A stretch of DNA of 36,885 bases from Phycisphaerales bacterium (GCA_011055475.1 DSDH01000573.1:1-36885), one strand, 5' to 3'; shown: positions 18,178 to 28,660, numbered from the stretch's first letter. The notes: generated by a model from the letters alone, not told the origin. Program-made: numbers and translations.

Positions 18178-19083
18178 ATGAGCGGCAGGATAGAGGGCGA
18201 TCGACGCTTGGCCGTGACAGCGGGCGCGGCGAGTGTGGGTGTGCATATCCTGATCCTGGCCGCGTTCGGGACCGTTCGTTGGGGGCGAGCGCCCGCCGAG
18301 GCCGGGGCCAACGTATCCCCCCCGGCCGTAGCGCAGATTCAACAGCTTCTGGAACGGCCGCCCATCACGTCCAAGCCCAAGACCCGCCCGATATTCGACG
18401 CGCATCGTCTTGTGCCCGCAGGCCGCCGGCCAGCCGACCTGACCGGTATCGGCAAGATCGAAATGGACGCCTCGGCCGACCTGCAACTATGGCAGGGGAC
18501 CGATGAGGCGCTCGCCCCGAGCCGCGCAAGCGGCCAAGATACGGGGGTCTCCTTTTTCGGGCAGGCCACGACGGTGCGCAAGATCTGCTACGTGGTCGAC
18601 GCCACCGGCAGCATGCACGGGCGTTTCGGTCTGGTCAAACAGCAGTTGACCGACTCGATCCGCCGGCTCGATCCGGATCAGTACTTTTACATCATCTTCT
18701 TCCTGGACGGTGACCGGCTTCTGGAAACCGGCGGCGGGCGGCTGGTTCGCGCGACCCCGGCTGCCAAGGCTCAGGCCGAGGCCTTCATCGACGCGGTCCG
18801 GCCCAGCGGCGCGACCAACGCCGTGGCCGCGCTGCGTCGCGGCATGGAGATTCGCGACGCCTTGGGCCAGGCCCCGCAATTGATTTACTTTCTGACGGAC
18901 GGGTTCGACCTGGGCGAGACCGTGGGGATCGACGACTTCGTCGCGCGGATCGAGCAAACCCGCCGGCAGTTGGCGCCCCATAGCCGTGTTCATACGATTG
19001 GGTTCTGGACGGAATCGGGGGATGTTGAGATACTGAAGCGGCTGGCCGAACAGAGCGGCGGGGTGTTCACCCACGTGCAGTGA
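18178..19083 (+). CDS. single-pass membrane protein with TonB-like SxxxH anchor and C-terminal VWA domain
   Basis: ATG 18178 is preceded by GGGAGGGGG; an alternative TTG at 18154 overlaps the upstream stop. TM helix 'AASVGVHILILAAFG'. Pro-containing spacer. VWA MIDAS-like 'YVVDATGSMHG'. 'IYFLTDG'. Confidence 0.78.
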   Translation: MSGRIEGDRRLAVTAGAASVGVHILILAAFGTVRWGRAPAEAGANVSPPAVAQIQQLLERPPITSKPKTRPIFDAHRLVPAGRRPADLTGIGKIEMDASADLQLWQGTDEALAPSRASGQDTGVSFFGQATTVRKICYVVDATGSMHGRFGLVKQQLTDSIRRLDPDQYFYIIFFLDGDRLLETGGGRLVRATPAAKAQAEAFIDAVRPSGATNAVAALRRGMEIRDALGQAPQLIYFLTDGFDLGETVGIDDFVARIEQTRRQLAPHSRVHTIGFWTESGDVEILKRLAEQSGGVFTHVQ

Positions 19084-19129
19084 AGAACCGCTTCGGCGGG
19101 CGCTGCGAGAGATCAGTACGGAAAGACGC

Positions 19130-19966
19130 ATGGACACACAGGCAGGTTCAGACCGATCGTGGCGAGCGGGGCAGGTCTTAGGTCCGGTCGCGGTAGTGGC
19201 CGGACTTCTGGCGGTCCCGTCCACAGCGGCGGCAGCCGAGGGCGGCAGCTTCTTCGACCAGTTCGTGGTCGCCGGCGGCGGCATCGTCTATTACGTGCTG
19301 ATCCCGATGTCCCTGATCGCGGTGTATCGAATCTTCGAGCTGATGGTTCTGGTGCGCCGCCGACGGCTGGTGCCGGACGCCGTCGGGCGTCAGATCGCCA
19401 CGACGATCCAGCAGTTCGGCCTGGGTTCCCTGGTCAGCCGCCTGGCCGGTCGTGTGGACTTAGTCAGTCGCGCCATGTACCGGGCCGTGACCCAGTCCCA
19501 GGGCAGCGTGGATCGCCACGTCCTGGAGGACATGGCCGAAGAGGCCCTGCACGATGAGGCCCTGCGGTTGCTGCGGAAGGCCGAGCTGTGCAACACGATC
19601 GGCAACGTGGCGCCGATGGTCGGACTGTTCGGGACCGTCTATGGGATGATCCAGGCCTTCGGCATTCTGGCCATCTCCGAGGGTCAGCCGCGCTCCGATG
19701 AACTGGCGGCCAAGATCAGCGTGGCCCTGGTGACCACGTTTTGGGGGCTTCTGATCGCCATCCCTTCACTGACGGTCTATGGTGTGGTGCGCACCCGGCT
19801 GGAAGGTCTGGTCAGCGAGGCCACCCTGCAGATCGAGATGCTGCTGCAACACGTCAGCAGGCCCGGGGGCGCCACGCCGGCGGAAGCCAATGCTTCGTCG
19901 GGTGAGCGGGGTGAGCCGGGGCCCCGTCGCCGCGAGCCGCGGACCCGCTCCGGGGCCGGTCGCTGA
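19130..19966 (+). CDS. exbB: MotA/TolQ/ExbB-family proton channel
   Basis: 'IGNVAPMVGLFGTVYGMIQAF' and 'ISVALVTTFWGLLIAIPSL' are the conserved TM2/TM3 motifs. N-terminal signal-like segment. Low-complexity C-terminal tail. Confidence 0.87.
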   Translation: MDTQAGSDRSWRAGQVLGPVAVVAGLLAVPSTAAAAEGGSFFDQFVVAGGGIVYYVLIPMSLIAVYRIFELMVLVRRRRLVPDAVGRQIATTIQQFGLGSLVSRLAGRVDLVSRAMYRAVTQSQGSVDRHVLEDMAEEALHDEALRLLRKAELCNTIGNVAPMVGLFGTVYGMIQAFGILAISEGQPRSDELAAKISVALVTTFWGLLIAIPSLTVYGVVRTRLEGLVSEATLQIEMLLQHVSRPGGATPAEANASSGERGEPGPRRREPRTRSGAGR

Positions 19967-19982
19967 CTGAAGGAGCCGCGTT

Positions 19983-20444
19983 ATGGCCAGACCCGCGTGG
20001 AGTTCGGGCCGATCCGTGGGGTTCAACCTCACGCCGATCATCGACGTGGTGTTCCTGCTGATCATCTTCTTCATGGTAGTCTGCCAGTTCATCACCGCCG
20101 AGAGTTTCGACGTGGCGGTGCCCGACCGCATTGATACCGCCCGTGACGCCGAGCAGACACAGGCCCGGCAGGGCGCGATCGTGACGGTCCTGTGCGAGCC
20201 TGATGGTCAAGTGGGCTTCGCGGTCGGCGCGCGCCGCCTGACGGCGCAGGGTCCGGAGCTGGCCCGCTCGATCGCCGCGGCCCTGGATTGGCAGTTGCAG
20301 TCGCTGCCGGACGATCAGCGGATCGTGACCCTTCGCTGCGACCAGGAGGTGACGTTCGCCCACGCCAAGTACGCGCTGGCGGGCATCGGCTACAGCACGG
20401 CCACGGACGTGCGATGGGCGGTCATTCGCGCTGAGCGTCGGTGA
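19983..20444 (+). CDS. exbD: ExbD/TolR-family biopolymer transport protein
   Basis: 'FNLTPIIDVVFLLIIFFMVV' with the conserved TM Asp. 153 aa. Starts 16 nt after exbB. Confidence 0.87.
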   Translation: MARPAWSSGRSVGFNLTPIIDVVFLLIIFFMVVCQFITAESFDVAVPDRIDTARDAEQTQARQGAIVTVLCEPDGQVGFAVGARRLTAQGPELARSIAAALDWQLQSLPDDQRIVTLRCDQEVTFAHAKYALAGIGYSTATDVRWAVIRAERR

Positions 20445-20450
20445 CGGGCA

Positions 20451-20469
20451 GACGCCCCCGGCTCGGGCG

Positions 20470-20471
<2 letters not shown>
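20451..20471. terminator. hairpin between convergent exbD and clpX (no U-tract)
   Basis: gacgccc-ccggctc-gggcgtc (7-bp stem). The 3' arm overlaps the clpX stop codon. Confidence 0.35.
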
Positions 20472-21720
<1,249 letters not shown>

Positions 21721-21761
21721 AGTTACGCCTCGCATCCCTCACAAATCGCTGATCTACGATA

Positions 21762-21790
21762 ATTATACCTCTCGGCCGACCGCATGACAA
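21762..21790 (-). promoter_or_regulatory. candidate sigma70-type promoter of clpX
   Basis: Minus strand reads TTGTCA (21790-21785), a 17-nt spacer, then TATAAT (21767-21762). It lies about 40 nt upstream of the clpX ATG. Confidence 0.5.
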
Positions 21791-21854
21791 GGCGAGAAAA
21801 AATACCCGTCGCTATCGCTCGGATCGGGCGGTCCGAGGGGGCGCCGGCTCTGCG

Positions 21855-24170
21855 TCAGGGCTGTGACGCCAGCGCAGCCAGATGTGTCTTCCAGAAGGCC
21901 GGACAGTCGGGTCGGCTGCTTAGAAGCACCTCGACGGCGTGCCGCACCGTATCGTCGCCCACGCCCTCGCGTTGGGCATGGCACCAGGTCTGCCAATACC
22001 GCGCCTGCCACCAGGCCCACGCATCCGGCCCATCCCGCAGCGCCGCGGCGATCTGCTGCCAGCATTCGGCCGCTCGAGTCCACTGTCGCCGAGCCGTAAG
22101 CAGTCTTGCCTGGGCGCGGACCCACTCCACGCGCCGGGTCCAGGCGGGCCGTGCCAGAGCCTCGACAATCGCCGCCGCTTGGTTGATCGAGGCCGCATCG
22201 CCGCGCAAGGCCAGGCATTCGGCCTCGGTCAGCCGCAACAAGTCGCGTGTTTCAGCCTCCTGTGTGTGGGAGGCGGCGTGTTCGGCCAGTCGGCACAGGT
22301 CCACCAGGAAATCCGCGAACGACGGTTGTTCCCGCCAGGTCTCGATACGCGCCGATGCCTCGGCTAGAAGCGTCGTGATCTCATCGGCCACCGCGGGCGC
22401 CGGAGAATCCAGCACGCCGATCAGCGCCTTGGCCGCCTGCGGGTGTCGTTCCAGCGTCCGCAGGGCCGAGCAGCGAAGCACGGCCGCATCCGCCGGCTCC
22501 AGGCCGTCCGTGCGGCTCAGCAGGTCCAGGACCGTTTGCGCCGCCCAGCGGTCGGGTGTCTCGAGCAACAACCGGCAGTAGAGCAGGACCGCTTGGGTCC
22601 GTGCCTGCTGCTGGGGTTCTTCCGGCCCCGGCGGACGGCGCAGAAGTCGTTCCAGCTCATCTCGGGCGCTGCGACGGCACGCCGCGTCGCAGTCATCCGT
22701 CTGTATCTGACGCACCACAAGCTCCAGGCCGGCGGCCAGGGCATAGGGTCCACCACGGGCACGAATCTGCCTCAGAAGGGCCTCGGCCCGGGTGCGCTGC
22801 CCCGTGGCGTGCAGAGCCAGAGCGTAGGCGTATTCAAGCTCGTCGTTTGCCTCGGTCCCGGCCAGATTGTGGTAGAACGCCAACATCTCGGCGGCGGTGG
22901 CGGCATGCTCGGCATCCTCCAGGTAGAGCTGCCAAGCCAGCTTGGCCCCTAAGGCGGCTACCTCCGCCGGCGTCACGGGCAGGTCGGGATCGGACCGATC
23001 CCGTTGAACCTGGGCGGCCCGCCGGTATGACGTCATGGCTGCGACCGGGTCGGCATCCCGCTGCGCCTGGGCCTTGGCGAACAGCAAGAGTCCGCTGGGC
23101 GGCTCCAGAACACCCTCCAAGAACTCCAGCAACGGCAAGGCCTCGGACGATTCACCGTGGCCGGCCTGTTGCAGGGCCAGGCGGCGCTCCAACGGCGTTC
23201 GGTCGAGGATGTACGAGCCGGTCAACTCGTTGCGCGAAAAACGATCCAGCCAGTCGTCCAGGACCACCCGTCCCACGAAGGAACCGGCCTCCGGCGAACG
23301 CCTGAGAACCTCCTGCAAAACGTGGTCCGAGCGAGGTCGAACGCATCGCAGCTCAAGAAACGCCAGCCGCAGCAGGATGTCCGGATCGTCGGCCAGGGCG
23401 GTCCGTTGCAGCGCGGTCAGGACCTCGCGAATCAAGGTCGAATCGACGCGGTCCAGCAGGCCCAGACGCGTGATCGCCGCGTGGAAGTAGGTCGCATCCG
23501 GTGGTCGCCTCTCGGAGCGGTAGGCCTCAAGGGTCTCCGCCAGAAGTCGGCTCGCCTGATCCCGAGCGGTTGGGTGATCGGCCAGACGCGAGAGACATTG
23601 GGCCCGCAGCAGGCATACTGTCGGGTCCTGCTCACCGTCGGCGTAGCTGGTGCACCGTGCAATCACGTCGGCCAGTCGCTCATCCCGCGTGGGATTCTCC
23701 CGCGTCAGCGCCCACCAGTAATCCACCCGGCAGATGAGCCATGTGAAACGCTCCGCCGCCGCGTGGGCCCTGCGCCACAGTCCCGTCACGCCGAAACGAC
23801 GGTCCCAATCGTCGCCCTCGTAGGCTTCGATGCGACGGCAGTAGTCGTGCAGCGTGGCGGCGGCCTGGACGAGCGTCTCGCCGGCGGGCCGGGCCCATTG
23901 GGCCATCTGCTCACGGTCCCCGTCGGTCAGGAAGCGATCCTGGTAGTGAAAACGCAACCGGATTTCCCGACTGCGGGCAAAGAAACCCTCCGCCGCCTCG
24001 TCCGCTCGGTCGGTCACACGCTGCACGTCTTCGATGGTGATCTGCGGCGCCTGCGCCCGCGTCCCGGCCACCACGGAGAGCAGCAGCACGACGATGCCGA
24101 GCCGATGCAGGATGCCCGCACCGGTCCGCGCAGGCGTGAATAGACCATCCTTAGATGAAAGATGCTTCAT
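21855..24170 (-). CDS. 771-aa exported/anchored all-helical repeat protein, no family recognised
   Basis: N-terminal hydrophobic segment 'ILHRLGIVVLLLSVVAGTRAQA'. The composition is Ala/Leu/Arg/Glu-rich with helical-repeat character. Trp-rich C-terminus 'AWAWWQARYWQTWCH'. Starts 16 nt after the exbD-like gene. Confidence 0.65.
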   Translation of the reverse strand: MKHLSSKDGLFTPARTGAGILHRLGIVVLLLSVVAGTRAQAPQITIEDVQRVTDRADEAAEGFFARSREIRLRFHYQDRFLTDGDREQMAQWARPAGETLVQAAATLHDYCRRIEAYEGDDWDRRFGVTGLWRRAHAAAERFTWLICRVDYWWALTRENPTRDERLADVIARCTSYADGEQDPTVCLLRAQCLSRLADHPTARDQASRLLAETLEAYRSERRPPDATYFHAAITRLGLLDRVDSTLIREVLTALQRTALADDPDILLRLAFLELRCVRPRSDHVLQEVLRRSPEAGSFVGRVVLDDWLDRFSRNELTGSYILDRTPLERRLALQQAGHGESSEALPLLEFLEGVLEPPSGLLLFAKAQAQRDADPVAAMTSYRRAAQVQRDRSDPDLPVTPAEVAALGAKLAWQLYLEDAEHAATAAEMLAFYHNLAGTEANDELEYAYALALHATGQRTRAEALLRQIRARGGPYALAAGLELVVRQIQTDDCDAACRRSARDELERLLRRPPGPEEPQQQARTQAVLLYCRLLLETPDRWAAQTVLDLLSRTDGLEPADAAVLRCSALRTLERHPQAAKALIGVLDSPAPAVADEITTLLAEASARIETWREQPSFADFLVDLCRLAEHAASHTQEAETRDLLRLTEAECLALRGDAASINQAAAIVEALARPAWTRRVEWVRAQARLLTARRQWTRAAECWQQIAAALRDGPDAWAWWQARYWQTWCHAQREGVGDDTVRHAVEVLLSSRPDCPAFWKTHLAALASQP

Positions 24171-24186
24171 AAGCCGTCTTGCAGAA

Positions 24187-24690
24187 CTACAATTCCATGG
24201 GAAACGTGATGTCGTGAATGCCCATGGCGTACAGCACGTTATACACCTTCACCAGGTGATCCCACGTCACCCCATCGTCGCATTCCAGGGAGATCGGGTC
24301 GGCCAGCGTGCGTTTCTGGCTTTCAAGCAGCGTGCCGATCCGCAGGGCCAAGTCGGCCAGTTGTTCGGGCCCGGCGACCGCGTCCAGCGTCAGGTCGACT
24401 TCCTGCGGCCCCGAGCCGGCGGTGACGCGGCACCCCTCGGCCACGGGGCTCAGCCGAACCACGAGCGGCTCGATGAGTCCGCGCGACGGCGTCGTGGCGT
24501 CGGCCTGCGAGAGCTTGAAGGGCAAAAACTGCTCGGGCGTGCGGAATCGCGCGGTCAGCACGAAGAAGATCAGCAGCAGGAAGATCACGTCGATCATGGG
24601 GGCCATGCGCGGCATGAACGTCGGGCGCCGGCTGCCGCTCAGACGCCCTTGCCCGAAGCGTCCCCGACCTTTGGTTCGCTCGGTGTTCAC
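24187..24690 (-). CDS. second ExbD/TolR-family protein (orphan, no adjacent ExbB)
   Basis: Track ORF 24187..25308 trimmed to the GTG at 24688-24690. Sequence 'VNTERTKGRGRFGQGRLSGSRRPTFMPRMAPMIDVIFLLLIFFVLTARF' ... 'ISLECDDGVTWDHLVKVYNVLYAMGIHDITF'. The GTG overlaps the upstream TGA (GTGA). Alternative ATG at 24615. Confidence 0.75.
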   Translation of the reverse strand: MNTERTKGRGRFGQGRLSGSRRPTFMPRMAPMIDVIFLLLIFFVLTARFRTPEQFLPFKLSQADATTPSRGLIEPLVVRLSPVAEGCRVTAGSGPQEVDLTLDAVAGPEQLADLALRIGTLLESQKRTLADPISLECDDGVTWDHLVKVYNVLYAMGIHDITFPMEL

Positions 24691-25235
24691 GAGGTCACCG
24701 CGTCGAGCCCCGCGTGCAGGGCCCGCGTGTTCAGCTCCACGAGCTTGGCGCTCTTCTCCTGAAAGGCGAGCCGCACCGCCTCGGCGAGGGCCTCGGCCCC
24801 GACGAGTTTCGTCGCGCCGGCGAAGGCGCCCATCGCCACCATGTTCGTCGCCCGCACGTTGCCCAGCTCGTGGGCGATGCTTGTCGCCTCCACCGACGTT
24901 ACCGTCAGGTCCTCCCGCTCGACGTCGCGGTCGATCAGCGAGCGGTTGACAATCACGTGGCCGTTCGGGGCCATGACCGGCTCGAAACGGTCCAGGCTCG
25001 GACGGTTCAGAACGATCGCCACGTCGGGCGTCTCGACGTAGGGGCTGGCGATCGGCCCATCGGACAGCACCACCGTCGCGTTGGCCGTGCCGCCCCGCAT
25101 CTCGGCCCCGTACGAGACCATGAGCGTCACGTTGCGGCCGTCGATCATCGCGGCCCGGGCGATGACGTTGCCCGTCAGGACCACGCCCTGTCCGCCGAAC
25201 CCGGCAATCACGATGCGCGTTTCGCTGTCGTTCAT
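24687..25235 (-). CDS. 2-oxoacid:ferredoxin oxidoreductase gamma subunit (OorC/KorG-type)
   Basis: 'RIVIAGFGGQGVVLTGNVIARAAM' and 'SYGAEMRGGTANATVVLSD' are typical of the gamma subunit. Confidence 0.87.
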   Translation of the reverse strand: MNDSETRIVIAGFGGQGVVLTGNVIARAAMIDGRNVTLMVSYGAEMRGGTANATVVLSDGPIASPYVETPDVAIVLNRPSLDRFEPVMAPNGHVIVNRSLIDRDVEREDLTVTSVEATSIAHELGNVRATNMVAMGAFAGATKLVGAEALAEAVRLAFQEKSAKLVELNTRALHAGLDAVTS

Positions 25236-25285
25236 GGTCTTTCGCCGACGTTTGCCGCGCCCGCTCGGGCGCGATGCAGTCGTCG

Positions 25286-26017
<732 letters not shown>

Positions 26018-26073
26018 GTCACGTCTCGTTTCTATCACCGCGGTCGGGCTGGCCGCCGTCCCACGGCACTGCG

Positions 26074-27150
26074 TCAGCGGCACTCCTCGTAAAGAACCGC
26101 AATCCGTTCGAAAATCTTTTCCGGTGTCGGGTACCAGCCCCCGCCCTGGCCATAAAACGCCACGGGTCGTCGGTATTGACAGGCCAGGCGCACGTCCTCG
26201 ATCATCTGCCCTTCGGACATCTCGCAGACCAGGAATTGCCGGGCGTGCTCGGCCGCCCGGAGAAACGGCTCTTCGGGGAACGGCCACACCGTGATCGGCC
26301 GAATCAGCCCGACCTTCATGCCGCGCCGCCGCGCCTCGTGCACGGCCCCGCCGGCGATACGAGCGGTCATGCCGTACGCCGAGACAACCAGCCGTGCATC
26401 GTCCACGGCGATCTCCTCGGCCCGCGGCAAAGCGTGCCGGATCCTGTCGTATTTGGCGTGCAGGTGCCGATTGTGCTCGGCGAGGGCCTCGGCCGGCCGC
26501 AGGTAAAGCGAGCGGATCACGCGGGGCTCGCGGCCCTTGCAGCCGTCAAGAATCCAGTCCTTGTCGGGCAGCTCGCACACCGGCTCATACGGCGTGGGCT
26601 CGACGGGCTCGGCCATCTGTCCGAGGATGCCGTCGCCGAGGATCATCACCGGGTTGCGAAAGCGGTCGGCGTAATCGAACGCGTTCATGGTCAGCGTCCA
26701 CAATTCCTGGCACGTGGACGGCGCCAACACGATCAGGTGATAATCCCCGTGGCCGCCGCCCTTGGTCGCCTGGAAGTAGTCGCCCTGCGAGGCGCGAATG
26801 TTGCCCAACCCCGGCCCGCCACGCTGCATGTTGGCGATGACGCACGGCAGCTCGGCGCCGGCGATATAGCTGATGCCCTCCTGCTTGAGGCTGATGCCGG
26901 GCGAAGAGGAGCTGGTCATGCAGCGGGCGCCCGTCGCCGAGGCCCCGAACAGCATATTAATCGCCGCCAGCTCCGACTCGGCCTGGACGAAAATGCCCCC
27001 CGCCTCGGGCATCCGGTGCGACATGTACTCGGGCACCTCGTTCTGCGGCGTAATCGGATAGCCGGCGAAAAAGCGGCATCCGGCCCGGATCGCCGCTTCG
27101 CTCATCACTTCGTTGCCCTTCATGAACAGCTTTTCGGTGCCGGTCTTCAA
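26074..27150 (-). CDS. 2-oxoacid:ferredoxin oxidoreductase alpha subunit
   Basis: '[27 protein letters not shown]', '[31 protein letters not shown]'. Confidence 0.9.
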   Translation of the reverse strand: MKTGTEKLFMKGNEVMSEAAIRAGCRFFAGYPITPQNEVPEYMSHRMPEAGGIFVQAESELAAINMLFGASATGARCMTSSSSPGISLKQEGISYIAGAELPCVIANMQRGGPGLGNIRASQGDYFQATKGGGHGDYHLIVLAPSTCQELWTLTMNAFDYADRFRNPVMILGDGILGQMAEPVEPTPYEPVCELPDKDWILDGCKGREPRVIRSLYLRPAEALAEHNRHLHAKYDRIRHALPRAEEIAVDDARLVVSAYGMTARIAGGAVHEARRRGMKVGLIRPITVWPFPEEPFLRAAEHARQFLVCEMSEGQMIEDVRLACQYRRPVAFYGQGGGWYPTPEKIFERIAVLYEECR

Positions 27151-27171
27151 CGATTGCTCTCCGCCCGCCGC

Positions 27172-27411
27172 TCACCCGTCGATTCGGATGGCCACCTCCG
27201 GGCACATCCGGGCGCACAGGGCGCAGCCGGTGCACTTGTCCTTGTCGATGATCTCCGCGTAGCAGTAGCCCTTGCTGTTGAGGTTTTCGGTCATGCGCAC
27301 GTTGTCGATGGGACAGGCCCCGATACAAAGACCGCATCCCTTGCAGCGCTCCAGGTTGAGATGGATATCCGCCACGCTTGGCTCCGGAAACGACGCATCC
27401 CAAAGCCGCAT
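27172..27411 (-). CDS. 2x[4Fe-4S] ferredoxin (delta subunit, OorD-type)
   Basis: Two CxxCxxCxxxCP motifs: 'CKGCGLCIGACP' and 'CTGCALCARMCP'. The start is uncertain. ATG 27411 avoids overlap with the upstream gene. The GTG at 27375, preceded by GGAG, would give a 67-aa product. Confidence 0.75.
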   Translation of the reverse strand: MRLWDASFPEPSVADIHLNLERCKGCGLCIGACPIDNVRMTENLNSKGYCYAEIIDKDKCTGCALCARMCPEVAIRIDG

Positions 27412-27460
27412 CCTAGCGGGCCTGAAAAGCCAAGTCAACCCCGAATCGAGGGAGGTGCTG

Positions 27461-28660
27461 CTATCGCGACAGACGCGGCACGGCGTCATCCGCGAGGACC
27501 TTCCAGGGCAAGCCGTGGCGATTCAAGGCGTCCATGAACGGATCGGGATCGAACTGTTCCATGTGAAACACGCCTTGGCCCGACCACGTGCCGGTCAGGA
27601 TCATCTTGGCCCCGATCATGGCCGGCACGCCCGTCGTGTAAGACACGGCCTGGGCCCCCACCTCGCGATAGCACGCGGCATGATCGCAGACGTTGTAGAT
27701 CATCAGACGGTGCGGCTTGCCTCCCTGCACACCCTCGATGATGCAGCCGATGCAGGTCTTGCCCTCGTAGGTCGCGCCGAGCGAGCCGGGATCGGGCAGC
27801 AGGGCCTTGAGAAACTGCAAGGGCACGATCTTGTGGCCCTGGAAATCCACCGGGTCGATGCGGGTCATGCCGATGTTCTGCAGAACGCGAAGGTGCGTCA
27901 GGTATTCCTCGCCGAAGGTCATCCAGAACCGGATGCGTTGCAGGCCTCGAATGTGCTTGACGAGGGATTCGAGCTCCTCGTGATACAGCAGATACGAGCG
28001 GCGCGGGCCGACTTCGGGGTAGTCGATATCCTGCGACAGGCTCATGGGGTCGATCTCAAGCCAGCGGCCATCCTGCCAGTAGCGGCCCTTCTGGGTGATC
28101 TCACGGATGTTGATTTCGGGGTTGAAGTTCGTGGCGAATGCCTGACCGTGCTGGCCGGCGTTGCAGTCGACGATGTCCACGCTGTGAACCTCGTCGAAGT
28201 GGTGCTTCTGGGCGTAGGCGCAGAAGACGTTCGTCACGCCGGGGTCGAAACCGCTGCCCAAAAGGGCCATGATGCCCTTGGCCGCGTAGCGATCCTGGTA
28301 GGCCCATTGCCATTTGTACTCGAACTTGGCCACGTCCGGCGGCTCATAATTGGCCGTGTCCAGATAGTGCACGCCGGTCTCCAGACAGGCATCCATGATG
28401 GCCAGGTCCTGGTACGGCAGGGCGACGTTGACGACCAGGTCCGGCTTGTGTTTGCGGATCAGGGCCACGGTCTGGGCGACGTCGTCGGCATCCAGGGCCT
28501 CGACCTCGATGGGCCGGTCGATCTGCTCGGCGATCGCCCGGCATTTGCTCACGGTGCGGCTGGCCAGGATGATGCGGTCGAAGACCTCGGGCACCTGCGC
28601 ACACTTGCGGACGACGACGTTGCCGACGCCGCCGGCTCCGATGATCAGGACGGTTGCCAT
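27461..28660 (-). CDS. saccharopine-dehydrogenase-family enzyme, carboxynorspermidine dehydrogenase-like
   Basis: Track ORF trimmed to 'MATVLIIGAGGVGNVVVRKCA' (Rossmann fold; GGGAGAG SD). 'LLGSGFDPGVTNVF' and 'FATNFNPEINIREI' recall carboxynorspermidine synthase/dehydrogenase. Confidence 0.78.
   Translation of the reverse strand: MATVLIIGAGGVGNVVVRKCAQVPEVFDRIILASRTVSKCRAIAEQIDRPIEVEALDADDVAQTVALIRKHKPDLVVNVALPYQDLAIMDACLETGVHYLDTANYEPPDVAKFEYKWQWAYQDRYAAKGIMALLGSGFDPGVTNVFCAYAQKHHFDEVHSVDIVDCNAGQHGQAFATNFNPEINIREITQKGRYWQDGRWLEIDPMSLSQDIDYPEVGPRRSYLLYHEELESLVKHIRGLQRIRFWMTFGEEYLTHLRVLQNIGMTRIDPVDFQGHKIVPLQFLKALLPDPGSLGATYEGKTCIGCIIEGVQGGKPHRLMIYNVCDHAACYREVGAQAVSYTTGVPAMIGAKMILTGTWSGQGVFHMEQFDPDPFMDALNRHGLPWKVLADDAVPRLSR

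Noticed and set aside
27412-27489. N-terminal extension of the ferredoxin ORF (MTPCRVCRDSS...)
   Set aside because: It would overlap the 3' end of the upstream dehydrogenase gene. The ferredoxin core starts later, with plausible starts at 27411 or 27375.
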